DNA of 64,000 nucleotides from an uncultured Atopobium sp. (GCA_963509815.1 CAUPCM010000005.1:149-64148), one strand, 5' to 3'. Positions 40,364 to 50,944 are shown, numbered from the stretch's first letter. Numbers and translations: made by a program. Notes: a model not told the origin generated them from the letters alone.

Positions 40364-42047
40364 GCAATACGCTTACAAACAGTGGGCAATCAAGCTGCGC
40401 AGCCTCGTAAATCTCTGGGGTTGTCTGTGCTTCTTGCACATTGACGTCTGCAACAACACAGCCCTTCTCGAGAAACACTACTCTGTCAGCAAAAGGAAGC
40501 CATTCGCTTACATCATGGGTGATTGCAAGAACCGCTTTGCCCTCGTTTGCCAGCTCGCGAGCAAGATGCAGCACCTGCGAGCGCGCCTCGCCATCAAGTC
40601 CAGACGTTGCCTCATCAAACACCACCGCGTACGTTGCGCAGGCCAGTGTTCCTGCAAGCGCCGCGCGACGAGCCTGGCCACCAGAAAGCGTCAACGGAGA
40701 CGCATCCATGACCTGCTGGTCAAGCCCCACACGTGCTGCCGCATACGCGACAAGCGCTTCAACATCGTCTGGCGAGAAACCCTTGTTAGTTGGACCAAAC
40801 GCAATATCTTCAGCAACACTTTGGGCAAAAAGTTGATCCTGAGGACGCTGAAAACACATGCCGACATCTCCAGGACGCACCAGTCGCGCATCGATTGTTG
40901 CGTGCCCGGTATCAGCCTCTATGAGGCCAGCGGCTATGCGGGCGCAGGTTGTTTTTCCAGAGCCAGAAGCGCCTACCAGAACAACAAGCTCCCCTGTGGC
41001 AGATAGTGTTACGTCATGCAGAACGGGCCTGTCAAACGCGTGAGACACGCCACAAACTACCAGCTCGTGTTCCTCGCCAAGAGCTTGAATTCCGTCATAG
41101 TTGCTTGCTCGCACCACCTTAAGGGCACGCTGATACACAAGGGTATCCAAAGCATCAAACGCAAGGTTGTTCTGAACAAGAAACGCAACAAACTTTGATG
41201 CGTTAAAAGGCACATCAAACTCATAGCCAGCCTGTGCAGCAACATGCGCTGTTGCTGTGAGTGCATCATCGAAACCAGCGTTTGCGATTGCGTTTGCATC
41301 CAAGAGAAACTCTGTGGGAGTTCCCGACCAAACTAGCTGGCCTTTCTCCAAAACAAGAACCCGGTCAGCCCCGGGAAGAGACTCAAATGAATGAGAAATC
41401 TCAAGCACACCCATCCCGTTTGCAACAAGGGTATTTACCAGGTTAGAAAGGTGATTTCTGAATCGAGTATCAAGCTGCGCAAACGCCTCATCAAGCACCA
41501 GATAACGTGGTTGCACTGAAAGCGCTGCTGCAATAGAAACAAGCTGCTGTTGGCCTCCAGAAAGCGTATGGGTAGGCGCATCAATCAAATCGGCAATGCC
41601 ACAAAGCTCCAGTGTTTGAGTAACGCGAGAAACTATCTCTTCTTTTGGCAAACCAAGATTAGCAGGGCTAAAGGCAACTTCATCAAAGACAGTTGCACAA
41701 ACAAGCTGCGCTGTTGGATCTTGACGAACCATTCCCACAACGGAAGAAATCTGAGTAGACGGCACTACAGCAACTGAATTACCGTCTACTAAAACCTCTC
41801 CGGATAGAGGAAAAAGTGATGCATTACAAAGATTTGCAAGCGTTGACTTGCCTGAACCATTGTGGCCAAGCACAACTGTTCTAGAGCCCGGCTTTAGGGT
41901 AAATGAAACGTTATCAAGGGTTAGTGCCATTGGGTGCGGAGATTGGCCCTCAGTGGCTCCTATGGCATCTTTAGAAGCAGAGTCAGTCAAAGATTGTGCT
42001 GCAGCTGACGTACCGTATGCGAAAGATACGTTTTTGAACTCAATCAT
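40335..42047 (-). CDS. ecfA: fused ECF transporter ATPase (EcfA1-EcfA2 in one polypeptide)
   Basis: 570 aa with two complete ABC cassettes: GHNGSGKST/LSGGQQQ/LVLDEAFAQLD and GASGSGKTT/LSGGQARR/VVFDEATSGLD. Confidence 0.9.
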   Translation of the reverse strand: MIEFKNVSFAYGTSAAAQSLTDSASKDAIGATEGQSPHPMALTLDNVSFTLKPGSRTVVLGHNGSGKSTLANLCNASLFPLSGEVLVDGNSVAVVPSTQISSVVGMVRQDPTAQLVCATVFDEVAFSPANLGLPKEEIVSRVTQTLELCGIADLIDAPTHTLSGGQQQLVSIAAALSVQPRYLVLDEAFAQLDTRFRNHLSNLVNTLVANGMGVLEISHSFESLPGADRVLVLEKGQLVWSGTPTEFLLDANAIANAGFDDALTATAHVAAQAGYEFDVPFNASKFVAFLVQNNLAFDALDTLVYQRALKVVRASNYDGIQALGEEHELVVCGVSHAFDRPVLHDVTLSATGELVVLVGASGSGKTTCARIAAGLIEADTGHATIDARLVRPGDVGMCFQRPQDQLFAQSVAEDIAFGPTNKGFSPDDVEALVAYAAARVGLDQQVMDASPLTLSGGQARRAALAGTLACATYAVVFDEATSGLDGEARSQVLHLARELANEGKAVLAITHDVSEWLPFADRVVFLEKGCVVADVNVQEAQTTPEIYEAAQLDCPLFVSVLHELLEACHV

Positions 42048-42066
42048 GACAACCCTCCTTCATTTG

Positions 42067-42100
42067 AAAAAGAGGTCCCAGCAAAAAGCCAGGACCTCTT
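42067..42100 (-). terminator. intrinsic terminator after rplQ, abutting the ecfA RBS
   Basis: On the minus strand: aagaggtcctgg-ctttttg-ctgggacctct followed by ttttc. ecfA starts about 20 nt downstream. Confidence 0.65.
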
Positions 42101-42120
42101 CGGATTCACTTTGACAGAAG

Positions 42121-42606
42121 TTACTCTGCAGCCTCTTCGGTCTGCTCGGTCTCCTCTGCTGGAGCCTCGGTCTCCTCTTCCTTTACAGGAGCAGGAGCAA
42201 CCTTGGTAGCCTTAGCCTTCTTGTTAGAAGCCTTTGGCTGAACTGGCTCGGTAACGAGCTCAAGGATAACAACCTCAGAAGCATCGCCCTTACGAGGACC
42301 AAGCTTCATGATACGGGTGTAGCCGCCGTTGCGGTCAGCCCACATACCCTGAGCAGCCTTGTCAAATACCTCACGGACAAGCTCTGCGTTACCAACCTTG
42401 GCCATAGCAAGACGACGAGCGTGAAGGTCGCCGCGCTTTGCCCAAGTGATGACCTTGTCGACCTCGCCGCGAACTGCCTTAGCGCGGACGTCAAGAGTCT
42501 TAATACGATCGTTAGTGAAAAGGGCTTGGATCAGGCTCTTCTTGATGGCCTTGGTGTGGCTAGCATCAGTACCAAGCTTCATGCCCCTCTTCTTATTGTG
42601 CCTCAT
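42121..42606 (-). CDS. rplQ: 50S ribosomal protein L17 (with a Lys/Glu/Ala-rich C-terminal extension)
   Basis: MRHNKKRGMKLGTDASHTKA... and operon position after rpoA. Confidence 0.96.
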   Translation of the reverse strand: MRHNKKRGMKLGTDASHTKAIKKSLIQALFTNDRIKTLDVRAKAVRGEVDKVITWAKRGDLHARRLAMAKVGNAELVREVFDKAAQGMWADRNGGYTRIMKLGPRKGDASEVVILELVTEPVQPKASNKKAKATKVAPAPVKEEETEAPAEETEQTEEAAE

Positions 42607-42639
42607 AATTTACATTCTCCTATGCGTGACAAGGCGCGA

Positions 42640-43581
42640 CTAAGCCTTAAGGGACAGGCCCATGCTCTCGAGCTTTTCCTTGACTTCTTCAATAGACTTA
42701 ACACCAAAGTTTCTGATGTTGAGAAGATCGTTCTCAGAGAAATCAACGAGCTGACGGACAGAGTGAATTCCTGCACGCTTGAGGCAGTTGTAAGAACGGA
42801 CGGAAAGGTCCAAATCCTCAACCTGCTTCTCAAGCTCGGAATCGTCCTCGACGTCTGCCTTAGCAAAAATCGAAGCCTCTTCCTGAGTCTCGTCAAAATC
42901 AGTAAGTCCCATGAATGCGCTCATGTGCTGGTTAATGATGTTTGCAGCCTCAACGACAGCCTCGCGAGGGCTGATTGCACCATTGGTCTCAACCTCAAGC
43001 ACCAGACGATCATAGTCGGTGTGACGGCCAACACGGCAAGGCTCAACAGCCTTAGCGCAGCGGCGAACTGGCGAGAAGATCGAGTCAACGTGAATGAATC
43101 CAATTGGATCGCTCTCACGCTCGTTATCCTCACCGGAAACATAACCGCGACCATTACCAAGGCGAAGTCTCATGGAAAGATGAGCTCCCTCAGCAAGAGT
43201 GCAAATGTGCTGAGCTGGGTTAACCAGCTCGTAGCCCATAGGAACATCAAGATCAGCACCAGAGACTTTGCAAGGACCATCAACAGAGATGGAAGCCTCA
43301 GCCTCATCAGAGTTGTTGGTGTTGCGGAAAACTAGGCCCTTAACGTTCAGAACGATGTCAGTAACGTCCTCATAGACGCCTTCAACCGTAGTGAACTCAT
43401 GCTGAACGCCATCAATCTGGATGGCCTCAACCGCAGCTCCCTCAAGAGAGGAAAGCAGTACGCGGCGGAGGGAGTTGCCAAGCGTGTCACCATAGCCACG
43501 CTCAAGCGGCTCTACGCTCACACGAGCGACGTTTGCGCCGATTTCATCTACCGACACGTTTGGTCGGATAAATTCGGACAT
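42640..43581 (-). CDS. rpoA: DNA-directed RNA polymerase subunit alpha
   Basis: MSEFIRPNVSV...GNSLRRVLLSSLEGAA...SVRSYNCLKRAGI. The ATG at 43581 has GGAGG upstream. Confidence 0.97.
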   Translation of the reverse strand: MSEFIRPNVSVDEIGANVARVSVEPLERGYGDTLGNSLRRVLLSSLEGAAVEAIQIDGVQHEFTTVEGVYEDVTDIVLNVKGLVFRNTNNSDEAEASISVDGPCKVSGADLDVPMGYELVNPAQHICTLAEGAHLSMRLRLGNGRGYVSGEDNERESDPIGFIHVDSIFSPVRRCAKAVEPCRVGRHTDYDRLVLEVETNGAISPREAVVEAANIINQHMSAFMGLTDFDETQEEASIFAKADVEDDSELEKQVEDLDLSVRSYNCLKRAGIHSVRQLVDFSENDLLNIRNFGVKSIEEVKEKLESMGLSLKA

Positions 43582-43605
43582 TGCTACCTCCAAAACGGGT
43601 CGGGC

Positions 43606-44199
43606 TTACTTGGAGTAGAGCTCGACGATCAGCTGTGCGTCAATCTCAAGGTCGATCTGATCGCGGGTTGGAAGCTGAAGAACAGTGCCCTGCAGCTTCT
43701 CAATGTCAACCTCAAGCCATGCAGGAACTGCCATGTGCTCGGAGGAAATGAGAGCTTCCTTGATTGGAAGAAGATCCTTTGCCTTGGAAGCAACAGCGAT
43801 AACATCGCCGCTCTTTACGCGATAAGAAGGAATGTCAACGCGCTGACCGTTAACGGTAATGTGACCGTGACGGACAGTCTGACGAGCCTCTTTACGTGTA
43901 CGAGCAAAGCCAAGGCGGAAGATGACGTTATCAAGACGAGTCTCAAGGATGCTCATCAGGTTGTCACCAGTAATGCCTGGGTTCTTCTTAGCCATCTCAT
44001 AGTAACCGTGGAACTGGTTCTCAAGGACGCCGTAAATGAACTTAGCCTTCTGCTTCTCACGGAGCTGCATACCGTACTCGCTCTCCTGGCGACGACGGCG
44101 ACGTGGCTCACGGTTAGAAGTCTTATTGATCCCCATCACAACGGGATCGATGCCAAGCTGACGACATCTTTTAAGGACCGGGGTCCTATCAATTGCCAT
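43606..44199 (-). CDS. rpsD: 30S ribosomal protein S4
   Basis: MAIDRTPVLKRCRQLG...YGMQLREKQK...RLDNVIFRLGFA. Confidence 0.97.
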   Translation of the reverse strand: MAIDRTPVLKRCRQLGIDPVVMGINKTSNREPRRRRRQESEYGMQLREKQKAKFIYGVLENQFHGYYEMAKKNPGITGDNLMSILETRLDNVIFRLGFARTRKEARQTVRHGHITVNGQRVDIPSYRVKSGDVIAVASKAKDLLPIKEALISSEHMAVPAWLEVDIEKLQGTVLQLPTRDQIDLEIDAQLIVELYSK

Positions 44200-44216
44200 T
44201 TGCTTGTCCTTTCGTG

Positions 44217-44618
44217 CTAGTTGCGACGGCGCTTTTTAGGACGGCAGCCGTTGTGTGCAATAGGTGTCTTATCCTGAATACCCGAAACCTCGAGGCCTGC
44301 TGCCTGAAGGGAACGGATTGCGGTCTCGCGACCAGAGCCTGGGCCCTTAACAAAAACAGCTACCTTGTGGAGACCGTGCTCCATTGCTGCCTTTGCTGCT
44401 GCCTCTGCTGCAAGCTGTGCAGCAAAAGGAGTGGACTTACGAGAGCCCTTGAAGCCGACGGTACCACCGGACTGCCAGGAAATTACATTACCCTGGGGAT
44501 CGGAAATAGAGACAATCGTGTTATTGAATGTGCTCTTGATGTGGGCCTGGCCCACTGCAATGTTTTTACGCTCGGAGCGGCGGACGCGTGTAGTGCGAGC
44601 GTTCTTTTTCTGTGCCAT
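44217..44618 (-). CDS. rpsK: 30S ribosomal protein S11
   Basis: [26 protein letters not shown]...[14 protein letters not shown]. Confidence 0.97.
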   Translation of the reverse strand: MAQKKNARTTRVRRSERKNIAVGQAHIKSTFNNTIVSISDPQGNVISWQSGGTVGFKGSRKSTPFAAQLAAEAAAKAAMEHGLHKVAVFVKGPGSGRETAIRSLQAAGLEVSGIQDKTPIAHNGCRPKKRRRN

Positions 44619-44632
44619 TAGCTACTCCTCGC

Positions 44633-45001
44633 CTACTTCTTCTTGCCGCCCACCTGACGCTTCTTACCCTTACGAGTACGAGCGTTAGTGTGGGTACGCT
44701 GACCGTGGACAGGGAGGCCCTTGCGGTGACGGAGGCCGCGGTAGCAGCCAATCTCCATCAGGCGGGCAACATTTTGACGCACCTCGCGGCGAAGATCGCC
44801 CTCGGTGGTGTAATTTGCGTCAATAAAGTCACGAATCTTGGTGACTTCTTCCTCTGTGAGGTCCTTGACGCGAGTATTTACATCGATACCAGTCTCGTTG
44901 CAAATCTTGGTTGCACGAGTCTGACCAATGCCGTAAAGATAGGTGAGTCCGACCTCAACACGCTTATCGCGTGGCAGGTCGACGCCGTTAATACGGGCCA
45001 A
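44633..45001 (-). CDS. rpsM: 30S ribosomal protein S13
   Basis: [26 protein letters not shown]. Confidence 0.97.
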   Translation of the reverse strand: MARINGVDLPRDKRVEVGLTYLYGIGQTRATKICNETGIDVNTRVKDLTEEEVTKIRDFIDANYTTEGDLRREVRQNVARLMEIGCYRGLRHRKGLPVHGQRTHTNARTRKGKKRQVGGKKK

Positions 45002-45016
45002 CTTGGTGCTCCTTCC

Positions 45017-45130
45017 TTAGCCCTGACGCTGCTTGTGGCGCGGGTTCTCGCAAATCACGTAAACCTTACCGTGGCGACGGATGACTTTGCACTTGTCGCA
45101 CATCTTCTTTACCGAAGGACGTACCTTCAT
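45017..45130 (-). CDS. rpmJ: 50S ribosomal protein L36
   Basis: Not in the ORF track because it is under 60 aa. My translation is [37 protein letters not shown], with an AGGAAG-type RBS upstream. Confidence 0.93.
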   Translation of the reverse strand: MKVRPSVKKMCDKCKVIRRHGKVYVICENPRHKQRQG

Positions 45131-45276
45131 GTGTCTTCCTTTCGGTTCTGCTGATACGAACTATATACTCGCCCAGCCGCTGGCGTGAAATACCGACTGT
45201 ACTTACGTACATATGCCCTTGCAACCTGCGCAAAGACACAGATAGCCTCATGCATAACACAAGGCTTTTGCATTAC

Positions 45277-45495
45277 TTACTTATAACGGTAGGTAATGCG
45301 ACCCCTGGTAAGATCGTAAGGAGAAATCTCTACTACAACCTTGTCACCAGGGAGAATTCGAATATAGTTCATTCGAATCTTACCTGAGATGGTGCAAAGG
45401 ATGGTCTTGCCGTTCTCTAACTCAACGTTAAACATAGCGTTTGGCAGGGGTTCTAGTACCTTGCCTTCAAGCTCAATCGCGTCTTGTTTAGCCAA
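45277..45495 (-). CDS. infA: translation initiation factor IF-1
   Basis: [28 protein letters not shown]...RGRITYRYK. It appears to use a TTG start with GAGAGGA upstream. Confidence 0.95.
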   Translation of the reverse strand: MAKQDAIELEGKVLEPLPNAMFNVELENGKTILCTISGKIRMNYIRILPGDKVVVEISPYDLTRGRITYRYK

Positions 45496-45608
45496 CTTTC
45501 ATCCTCTCGACACATCGACAGCGGTTATCAATAATACATAAAAATGTGCCACTCGTCTATCACTTATTTTTTCAACACAATTAGATAGCGAGAAGAACAA
45601 TGTATGTG

Positions 45609-46397
45609 TTATTCAAGACCGCCTTGCATCTCGCACCATGGACCAACTTCATCTTCTGAAACGATAACGGGACCATCGGCAGTAATAGCAACCGTGTTCT
45701 CATAATGTGCTGATGGCAGGCCATCATCTGTAACAACGGTCCAACCATTTTCAAGAACGGTGCAATCGTAGGTACCCATAGCAATCATAGGCTCAATTGC
45801 AATTACCATTCCCTCACGAAGAACAATGCCGTTGCCTGCACGACCATAGTTTCTGACCTCTGGATCCTCGTGAAGATTGCGGCCAATACCATGACCAACA
45901 AAATCACGAATGACGCCATAGCCATTATCCTCAGCAAGTTTCTGAACTGCATGTCCAACATCGCCAAGGCGAGCACCAGGAACAGCAGCTGCAATACCTG
46001 CCTTAAGGCAATCGCGGGTAACCTCGCAAAGTGCCTGGGTTTTCTCGTCAACTGTTCCGCAGTAGAACGTCCAAGCGTTATCTCCTGCCCAACCGTTAAC
46101 GGTAGCACCCGTGTCAATGGTCAGAATATCGCCATCTTGCAAAATGACGTTAGCTGATGGAATACCGTGAACAATCTGCTCGTTAATAGAAGAGCAAACA
46201 GATCCAGGGAATCCACCGTAGCCCTTAAAGGTAGGGGTTCCGCCATGAAGTCTAATAAAAGCTTCAACAGCACGGTCAATCTCGAGCGTTGAAACACCAG
46301 GTCTAATCATGGATCCAGCACGGCGAAGAGCTGCCTTAGAAAGGGCGCCCGACACCTTCATTGCCTCGATTTGTTCAGGTGTTTTTATCGTAATCAT
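45609..46397 (-). CDS. map: type I methionine aminopeptidase
   Basis: VCSSINEQIVHGIP, IDTGATVNGWAGDNA, FVGHGIGRNLHE and IEPMI metal ligands. Confidence 0.96.
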   Translation of the reverse strand: MITIKTPEQIEAMKVSGALSKAALRRAGSMIRPGVSTLEIDRAVEAFIRLHGGTPTFKGYGGFPGSVCSSINEQIVHGIPSANVILQDGDILTIDTGATVNGWAGDNAWTFYCGTVDEKTQALCEVTRDCLKAGIAAAVPGARLGDVGHAVQKLAEDNGYGVIRDFVGHGIGRNLHEDPEVRNYGRAGNGIVLREGMVIAIEPMIAMGTYDCTVLENGWTVVTDDGLPSAHYENTVAITADGPVIVSEDEVGPWCEMQGGLE

Positions 46398-47020
46398 AGT
46401 GAGAGGAGTGTCTTTACGTCGGCGAATACCTCGTCAACAGGACGATCTCCGTTGACCTCCTTCAGAATTCCATGACCCTTGTAGTACTCAATCAAAGGAG
46501 AAGTCTGGTTCTCGTATACATCAAGACGCTTACGAATTGTCTCTGGCTTATCGTCATCACGCTGATACATCTCACCAGAGCAATTTGGGCAAGTCTCTGT
46601 ACCAGCAGGTGCAGTATAACCACACTCTTTGCACGTACGGCGAGAAGAAAGACGCTCAACAATAACCTCTGGCTCAACAGCAACAAGCAGAGCTGCATCA
46701 AGCTTGAGGCCCATATTCTGAAGCTCAAAATCAAGGGTTACTGCCTGAGCGGTGTTGCGTGGGAAGCCATCAAGAATAAAACCAGCCTTTGCATCGTCTG
46801 CAGAAAGGCGCTCTTTTACCAGGTCAATGACAAGCTGATCTGGAACAAGCTGACCAGCATCCATATACTCTTTAGCCTTAACGCCAAGCTCAGACTGAGC
46901 TTTAACAGCAGCACGAAGAAGGTCACCGGTTGAGATGTGAGCAAGTCCATACTCTGCAACGAGCTTCTGAGCCTGTGTACCCTTGCCAGCGCCAGGTGCG
47001 CCGAGAAGAACAATGTTCAT
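46394..47020 (-). CDS. adk: adenylate kinase
   Basis: MNIVLLGAPGAGKGTQA, GFILDGFPRN and a Zn-lid CKECGY...CPNCSG. The ATG at 47020 has AAGGAAGG upstream. Confidence 0.96.
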   Translation of the reverse strand: MNIVLLGAPGAGKGTQAQKLVAEYGLAHISTGDLLRAAVKAQSELGVKAKEYMDAGQLVPDQLVIDLVKERLSADDAKAGFILDGFPRNTAQAVTLDFELQNMGLKLDAALLVAVEPEVIVERLSSRRTCKECGYTAPAGTETCPNCSGEMYQRDDDKPETIRKRLDVYENQTSPLIEYYKGHGILKEVNGDRPVDEVFADVKTLLSL

Positions 47021-47035
47021 GCTTCGCCTTCCTTT

Positions 47036-47069
47036 CAAATAATAAAAGGGGCCTGTTTCCAGGCCCCTT
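47036..47069 (-). terminator. terminator-like hairpin between secY and adk
   Basis: On the minus strand: aaaggggcctg-gaaa-caggccccttt (11-bp stem) followed by tattatttg. adk starts about 16 nt further on. Confidence 0.65.
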
Positions 47070-47087
47070 TATGCTACGTATTAAGAA

Positions 47088-48368
47088 CTACTTAAAGAAG
47101 CCCTCATAGTTGTGCATCTTAAGGTGGGACTCAATGGAAGAGAGTGTATCCATTGCAACACCGACCATAATGAGGACGGAGGTTCCACCAAACGCCTGTA
47201 TCAACGAATCGCCTGTGAACCAGAAAATAATGGTTGGGACGATTGCAAGAACTGCCATAAAGATAGCACCGGGAAGGGTAACTCTGTCAATAACAGTCTT
47301 GATATACGTTGAAGTAGCAGTACCTGGACGAACACCAGGAATAAAGCCACCCTGCTTCTTAAGCTGGTCTGCTGTCTCCTCTGGATTGAACACCATTGAG
47401 GTGTAGAAGTATGCAAAGAAGACAATGAACATAACTGAGAGAACCCAGTTAACCCATCCAGAAGAAAGTGAAGTAGCAAGATTTTGAATCCACTCTACTC
47501 CTGGGAAGAACACAGCAACCTGAGCAGGAAGATACAGGATTGCAGATGCAAAGATGATTGGTACAACGCCTGCAGTGTTTACCTTAATTGGAAGGTACGT
47601 TGACTGACCACCCATCATACGACGACCAACAACGCGCTTGGCATAGTTGATAGGAATACGACGCTGACCACGCTCAATGTAAACAATGAGCGGAATAATA
47701 GCGAGCATAACCACAACAGTAACAACGGTAAGAACAATGTTTCCACGAGTAGCTACTGAAGAAATAAGGGCTGTTGGAAGTCCAGCCATGATGTTTGCAA
47801 AGATGATAAGACTCATTCCGTTGCCAACACCCTGCTGGGTAATAACCTCACCGAGCCACATAATAATGATGGCACCAACTAGCATGGTAAAGACTACCAG
47901 GAAGTTTTCAAGTGCCTCAGGCACGCCCTCCATAGATGCAAAAGATACACCATAGCTCTTAAACAAGAACAGGTAACCAACTGCATTGAGCAGAGCTAGG
48001 CCAACCGTAAGATAACGCGTGTACTGCGTAATCTTACGCTGGCCGCTCTCACCATCTTTAGCAAGCTCGCCAAGAGATGGAATAACGGACTGCATCATCT
48101 GGAAGATGATCTGAGCCGTAATGTAAGGCATGATGCCCAGACTGAAAACAGACATGCGAGAAAGAGCGCCACCCGAAAATAGGTTAAGCACGGCCATTGC
48201 GCCATTCTTAGCAAGACCATTCTGATAAACAGAAAGCATCTGCTGGAATGGAGCACCGGGCACAGGAAGATACGCACCAAAACGGTACAGAAGAAGAATC
48301 AGTACCGTAAGGAGAATCTTTCCCCTTAGTTCCGGAACACGAAATGCGTTGGCGATTCCTTTACTCAC
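47088..48368 (-). CDS. secY: preprotein translocase subunit SecY
   Basis: 426 aa, 10 TM helices, with LFSGGALSRMSVFSLGIMPYITAQII and operon position after rplO. Confidence 0.97.
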   Translation of the reverse strand: MSKGIANAFRVPELRGKILLTVLILLLYRFGAYLPVPGAPFQQMLSVYQNGLAKNGAMAVLNLFSGGALSRMSVFSLGIMPYITAQIIFQMMQSVIPSLGELAKDGESGQRKITQYTRYLTVGLALLNAVGYLFLFKSYGVSFASMEGVPEALENFLVVFTMLVGAIIIMWLGEVITQQGVGNGMSLIIFANIMAGLPTALISSVATRGNIVLTVVTVVVMLAIIPLIVYIERGQRRIPINYAKRVVGRRMMGGQSTYLPIKVNTAGVVPIIFASAILYLPAQVAVFFPGVEWIQNLATSLSSGWVNWVLSVMFIVFFAYFYTSMVFNPEETADQLKKQGGFIPGVRPGTATSTYIKTVIDRVTLPGAIFMAVLAIVPTIIFWFTGDSLIQAFGGTSVLIMVGVAMDTLSSIESHLKMHNYEGFFK

Positions 48369-48814
48369 TACTCGGCCTCAACCTTTCCACCGGCCGCCTC
48401 GATCTTAGCCTTTGCAGAGGCGGAAACCTTATCGACCTTAACAGTGAGCTTCTTAGAAAGCTCGCCATCACCCAGAACCTTGACTGGGATGAAGTTGTAC
48501 TTGATAACTCCCTTAGCAACCAGAGCCTCTGCGTCTACGGTCTCGCCGTCTGCAAAGAGTGCATTCAGACGAGCAACGTTGACTGGAGCGTACTCAACAC
48601 GGTTGTGGTTAGTGAAACCAGGAAGCTTAGGAAGACGCATAGCCAGTGGCTGCTGTCCACCCTCGAAGCCAGCGCCCTTGCCGCCACCAGAGCGGGAGAG
48701 CTGACCATTCATACCGCGGCCGGCAAAAGTACCATTGCCTGAAGAATTACCGCGACCTACGCGCTTACGATTTTTGCGCGAACCCACTGCGGGGCGAAGA
48801 TCATTGAGCTGCAT
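48368..48814 (-). CDS. rplO: 50S ribosomal protein L15
   Basis: [22 protein letters not shown]. Confidence 0.96.
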   Translation of the reverse strand: MQLNDLRPAVGSRKNRKRVGRGNSSGNGTFAGRGMNGQLSRSGGGKGAGFEGGQQPLAMRLPKLPGFTNHNRVEYAPVNVARLNALFADGETVDAEALVAKGVIKYNFIPVKVLGDGELSKKLTVKVDKVSASAKAKIEAAGGKVEAE

Positions 48815-48825
48815 TATTACTACCT

Positions 48826-49011
48826 CTAGTTCTCTTCAACCTCGACAAGGTGCTTAACCTTGAAGATCATTCCACGAATGCTTGGGTTGTCAGGCTGCTC
48901 GACGGTATCGCCGATCTTGTGGAGGCCGAGGGCCTTCACCGTAGCAGTCTGGTCCTTCTTGACGCCTGCAACAGCGCCACGGACAAGCTTGATGCTAAGG
49001 TTCTTAGCCAT
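48826..49011 (-). CDS. rpmD: 50S ribosomal protein L30
   Basis: [31 protein letters not shown]. Confidence 0.95.
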   Translation of the reverse strand: MAKNLSIKLVRGAVAGVKKDQTATVKALGLHKIGDTVEQPDNPSIRGMIFKVKHLVEVEEN

Positions 49012-49013
49012 CG

Positions 49014-49535
49014 TTAGTTCTCCTTTCCGACGAACATATCGCCGACGGTTAGGCCACGACGCTCAGCTGCTTCTTCTGGGCTGGAAAGCTCCTTCAGACC
49101 CTCAGCTGCTGCCTTAATCATGTTCAGAGCGTTGTCGGTACCAAGGGACTTAGAAAGTACATTGGTGATACCTGCAAGCTCGAAGAGTGGACGAATAGGA
49201 CCGCCAGCAATAACACCAGTACCCTCGAATGCAGGCTTAATAAGAACAGAACCTGCACCGTAGTGACCAGTGACTGCGTGTGGTACGGAACCAGTCTCGG
49301 TCAGTGGGACCTTGAACATGTTCCTCTTTGCGTCCTCGACGCCCTTCTGAATTGCCAGAGGTACCTCAGCGGAACGACCCTGGCCAATACCAACGTTACC
49401 CTTACCGTCGCCAACGACTACCAGAGCAACGAGTGACATACGTCGGCCACCCTTAACGGTCTTGGAAACGCGGTGAATATAAACGACGCGCTCCTGAAGA
49501 TCCGTATCCTGCTGGCGCTTACGATCACGTGCCAT
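49014..49535 (-). CDS. rpsE: 30S ribosomal protein S5
   Basis: [35 protein letters not shown]. Confidence 0.97.
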   Translation of the reverse strand: MARDRKRQQDTDLQERVVYIHRVSKTVKGGRRMSLVALVVVGDGKGNVGIGQGRSAEVPLAIQKGVEDAKRNMFKVPLTETGSVPHAVTGHYGAGSVLIKPAFEGTGVIAGGPIRPLFELAGITNVLSKSLGTDNALNMIKAAAEGLKELSSPEEAAERRGLTVGDMFVGKEN

Positions 49536-49544
49536 TGAATCCTC

Positions 49545-49913
49545 CTAGAACTTCAGGCCCGCGTTGCGGGCGCCATCTGCCAAAGCCTTGACGCGGCCGT
49601 GATAGAGACGGCCACCACGGTCAAAAGTGACCTCAGTGACGTTCTTCTCGGCAGCGCGCTTACCGATAAGCTCACCTACGAACTCAGCTGCCTCCTTGTT
49701 GGAGCCAACCTTGCCAGTAGAACGGAACTCTGGGTCAAGCGTAGAGGCAGAGCAGAGAGTTCTTCCAGAAGCGTCGTCAATAAGCTGTGCATAAATGTTT
49801 GCGTTTGTGCGGTGAACTGCAAGACGCGGACGCTCAGGTGTACCAAAGACCTTGGCACGTACGCGGCGCTTGCGGCGTTCAAGACCCGCCTTTTTCGCCT
49901 GCTGCTTGTTCAT
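49545..49913 (-). CDS. rplR: 50S ribosomal protein L18
   Basis: [20 protein letters not shown]...[20 protein letters not shown]. Confidence 0.97.
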   Translation of the reverse strand: MNKQQAKKAGLERRKRRVRAKVFGTPERPRLAVHRTNANIYAQLIDDASGRTLCSASTLDPEFRSTGKVGSNKEAAEFVGELIGKRAAEKNVTEVTFDRGGRLYHGRVKALADGARNAGLKF

Positions 49914-49981
49914 TCCTTCTCCTTAGAGACATGCCATCACCTAACGGGGTGATGGTCTTTTAGCCTAAAAGTAGGGTTGCT

Positions 49982-50518
49982 TTACTTAGCAGCCTTACCG
50001 AGCTTCCTGCGGATGTGCTCACCTTCGTAGTGAATGCCCTTGCCCTTGTAAGGCTCTGGTGGACGCTTCATACGAATCTCAGCTGCAACCTGGCCGACCT
50101 TCTCCTTAGAAATACCCTTAACGGTAAGGTGAGTGTTATCAGGTACCTCAAAGCTAATGCCCTCAGGTGCAACATAGAGAACTGGGTGAGAATAACCAAG
50201 GGAAAGGTCAAGATCCTTGCCCTTAAGTGCTACACGGTAACCAACGCCGGTGAGCTCGAGCTTCTTCTCGAAGCCCTCAGAGACACCAACAACCATGTTG
50301 TGGATAAGGGTACGGACAAGACCCTGCTGAGCATTGGACTCAGAGGACTCGTCAACGCGAGTAACGAGAATCTCCTCGCCCTCCTGAGCGATAGCAACCA
50401 GCTCAGAGAAAGTACGAGTCAGCTCGCCCTTAGAACCCTTAACGGTAACGGTGGTGTTATCAACTGTCACAGTGACTCCAGCAGGAATCTGGACAGGCTT
50501 CTTACCAATACGAGACAC
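49982..50518 (-). CDS. rplF: 50S ribosomal protein L6
   Basis: MSRIGKKPVQIPAGVTVTV...GVGYRV...PPEPYKGKGI. Confidence 0.97.
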   Translation of the reverse strand: MSRIGKKPVQIPAGVTVTVDNTTVTVKGSKGELTRTFSELVAIAQEGEEILVTRVDESSESNAQQGLVRTLIHNMVVGVSEGFEKKLELTGVGYRVALKGKDLDLSLGYSHPVLYVAPEGISFEVPDNTHLTVKGISKEKVGQVAAEIRMKRPPEPYKGKGIHYEGEHIRRKLGKAAK

Positions 50519-50545
50519 GGCTGTCTCCTTTCATTCCTGTCAGAT

Positions 50546-50944
50546 TTACCAAACGTAAGCGATGACCTCGCCGCCAACGCCAGCCTTGCGAGCGTCGCGG
50601 TCGCACATCATGCCCTTAGAAGTGGAAACCACTGCAGTACCAAGACCACCAAGAACGCGTGGAAGCTTCTCAGCGGTGGAGTAAATGCGCAGACCAGGCT
50701 TGGAAATGCGACGGATGCCGCGGATAACCTTAGCGCGCTTCTTACCATACTTAAGGGTGATGTGAAGAGTCTTCTGAGGCTTAGTATCCTCAACGGTGTA
50801 ACCCTCGACATAGCCCTCTTCGGTGATGACGCGAGCAATCTCAACGAGCACCTTGCTCGATGGCATGGATACGGAATCCTTGCCAGCTGAGTTTGCGTTA
50901 CGAATACGCGTCAGCATGTCTGAAATGGGATCGGTAATTTTCAT
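50546..50944 (-). CDS. rpsH: 30S ribosomal protein S8
   Basis: [17 protein letters not shown]...GGEVIAYVW. Confidence 0.97.
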   Translation of the reverse strand: MKITDPISDMLTRIRNANSAGKDSVSMPSSKVLVEIARVITEEGYVEGYTVEDTKPQKTLHITLKYGKKRAKVIRGIRRISKPGLRIYSTAEKLPRVLGGLGTAVVSTSKGMMCDRDARKAGVGGEVIAYVW

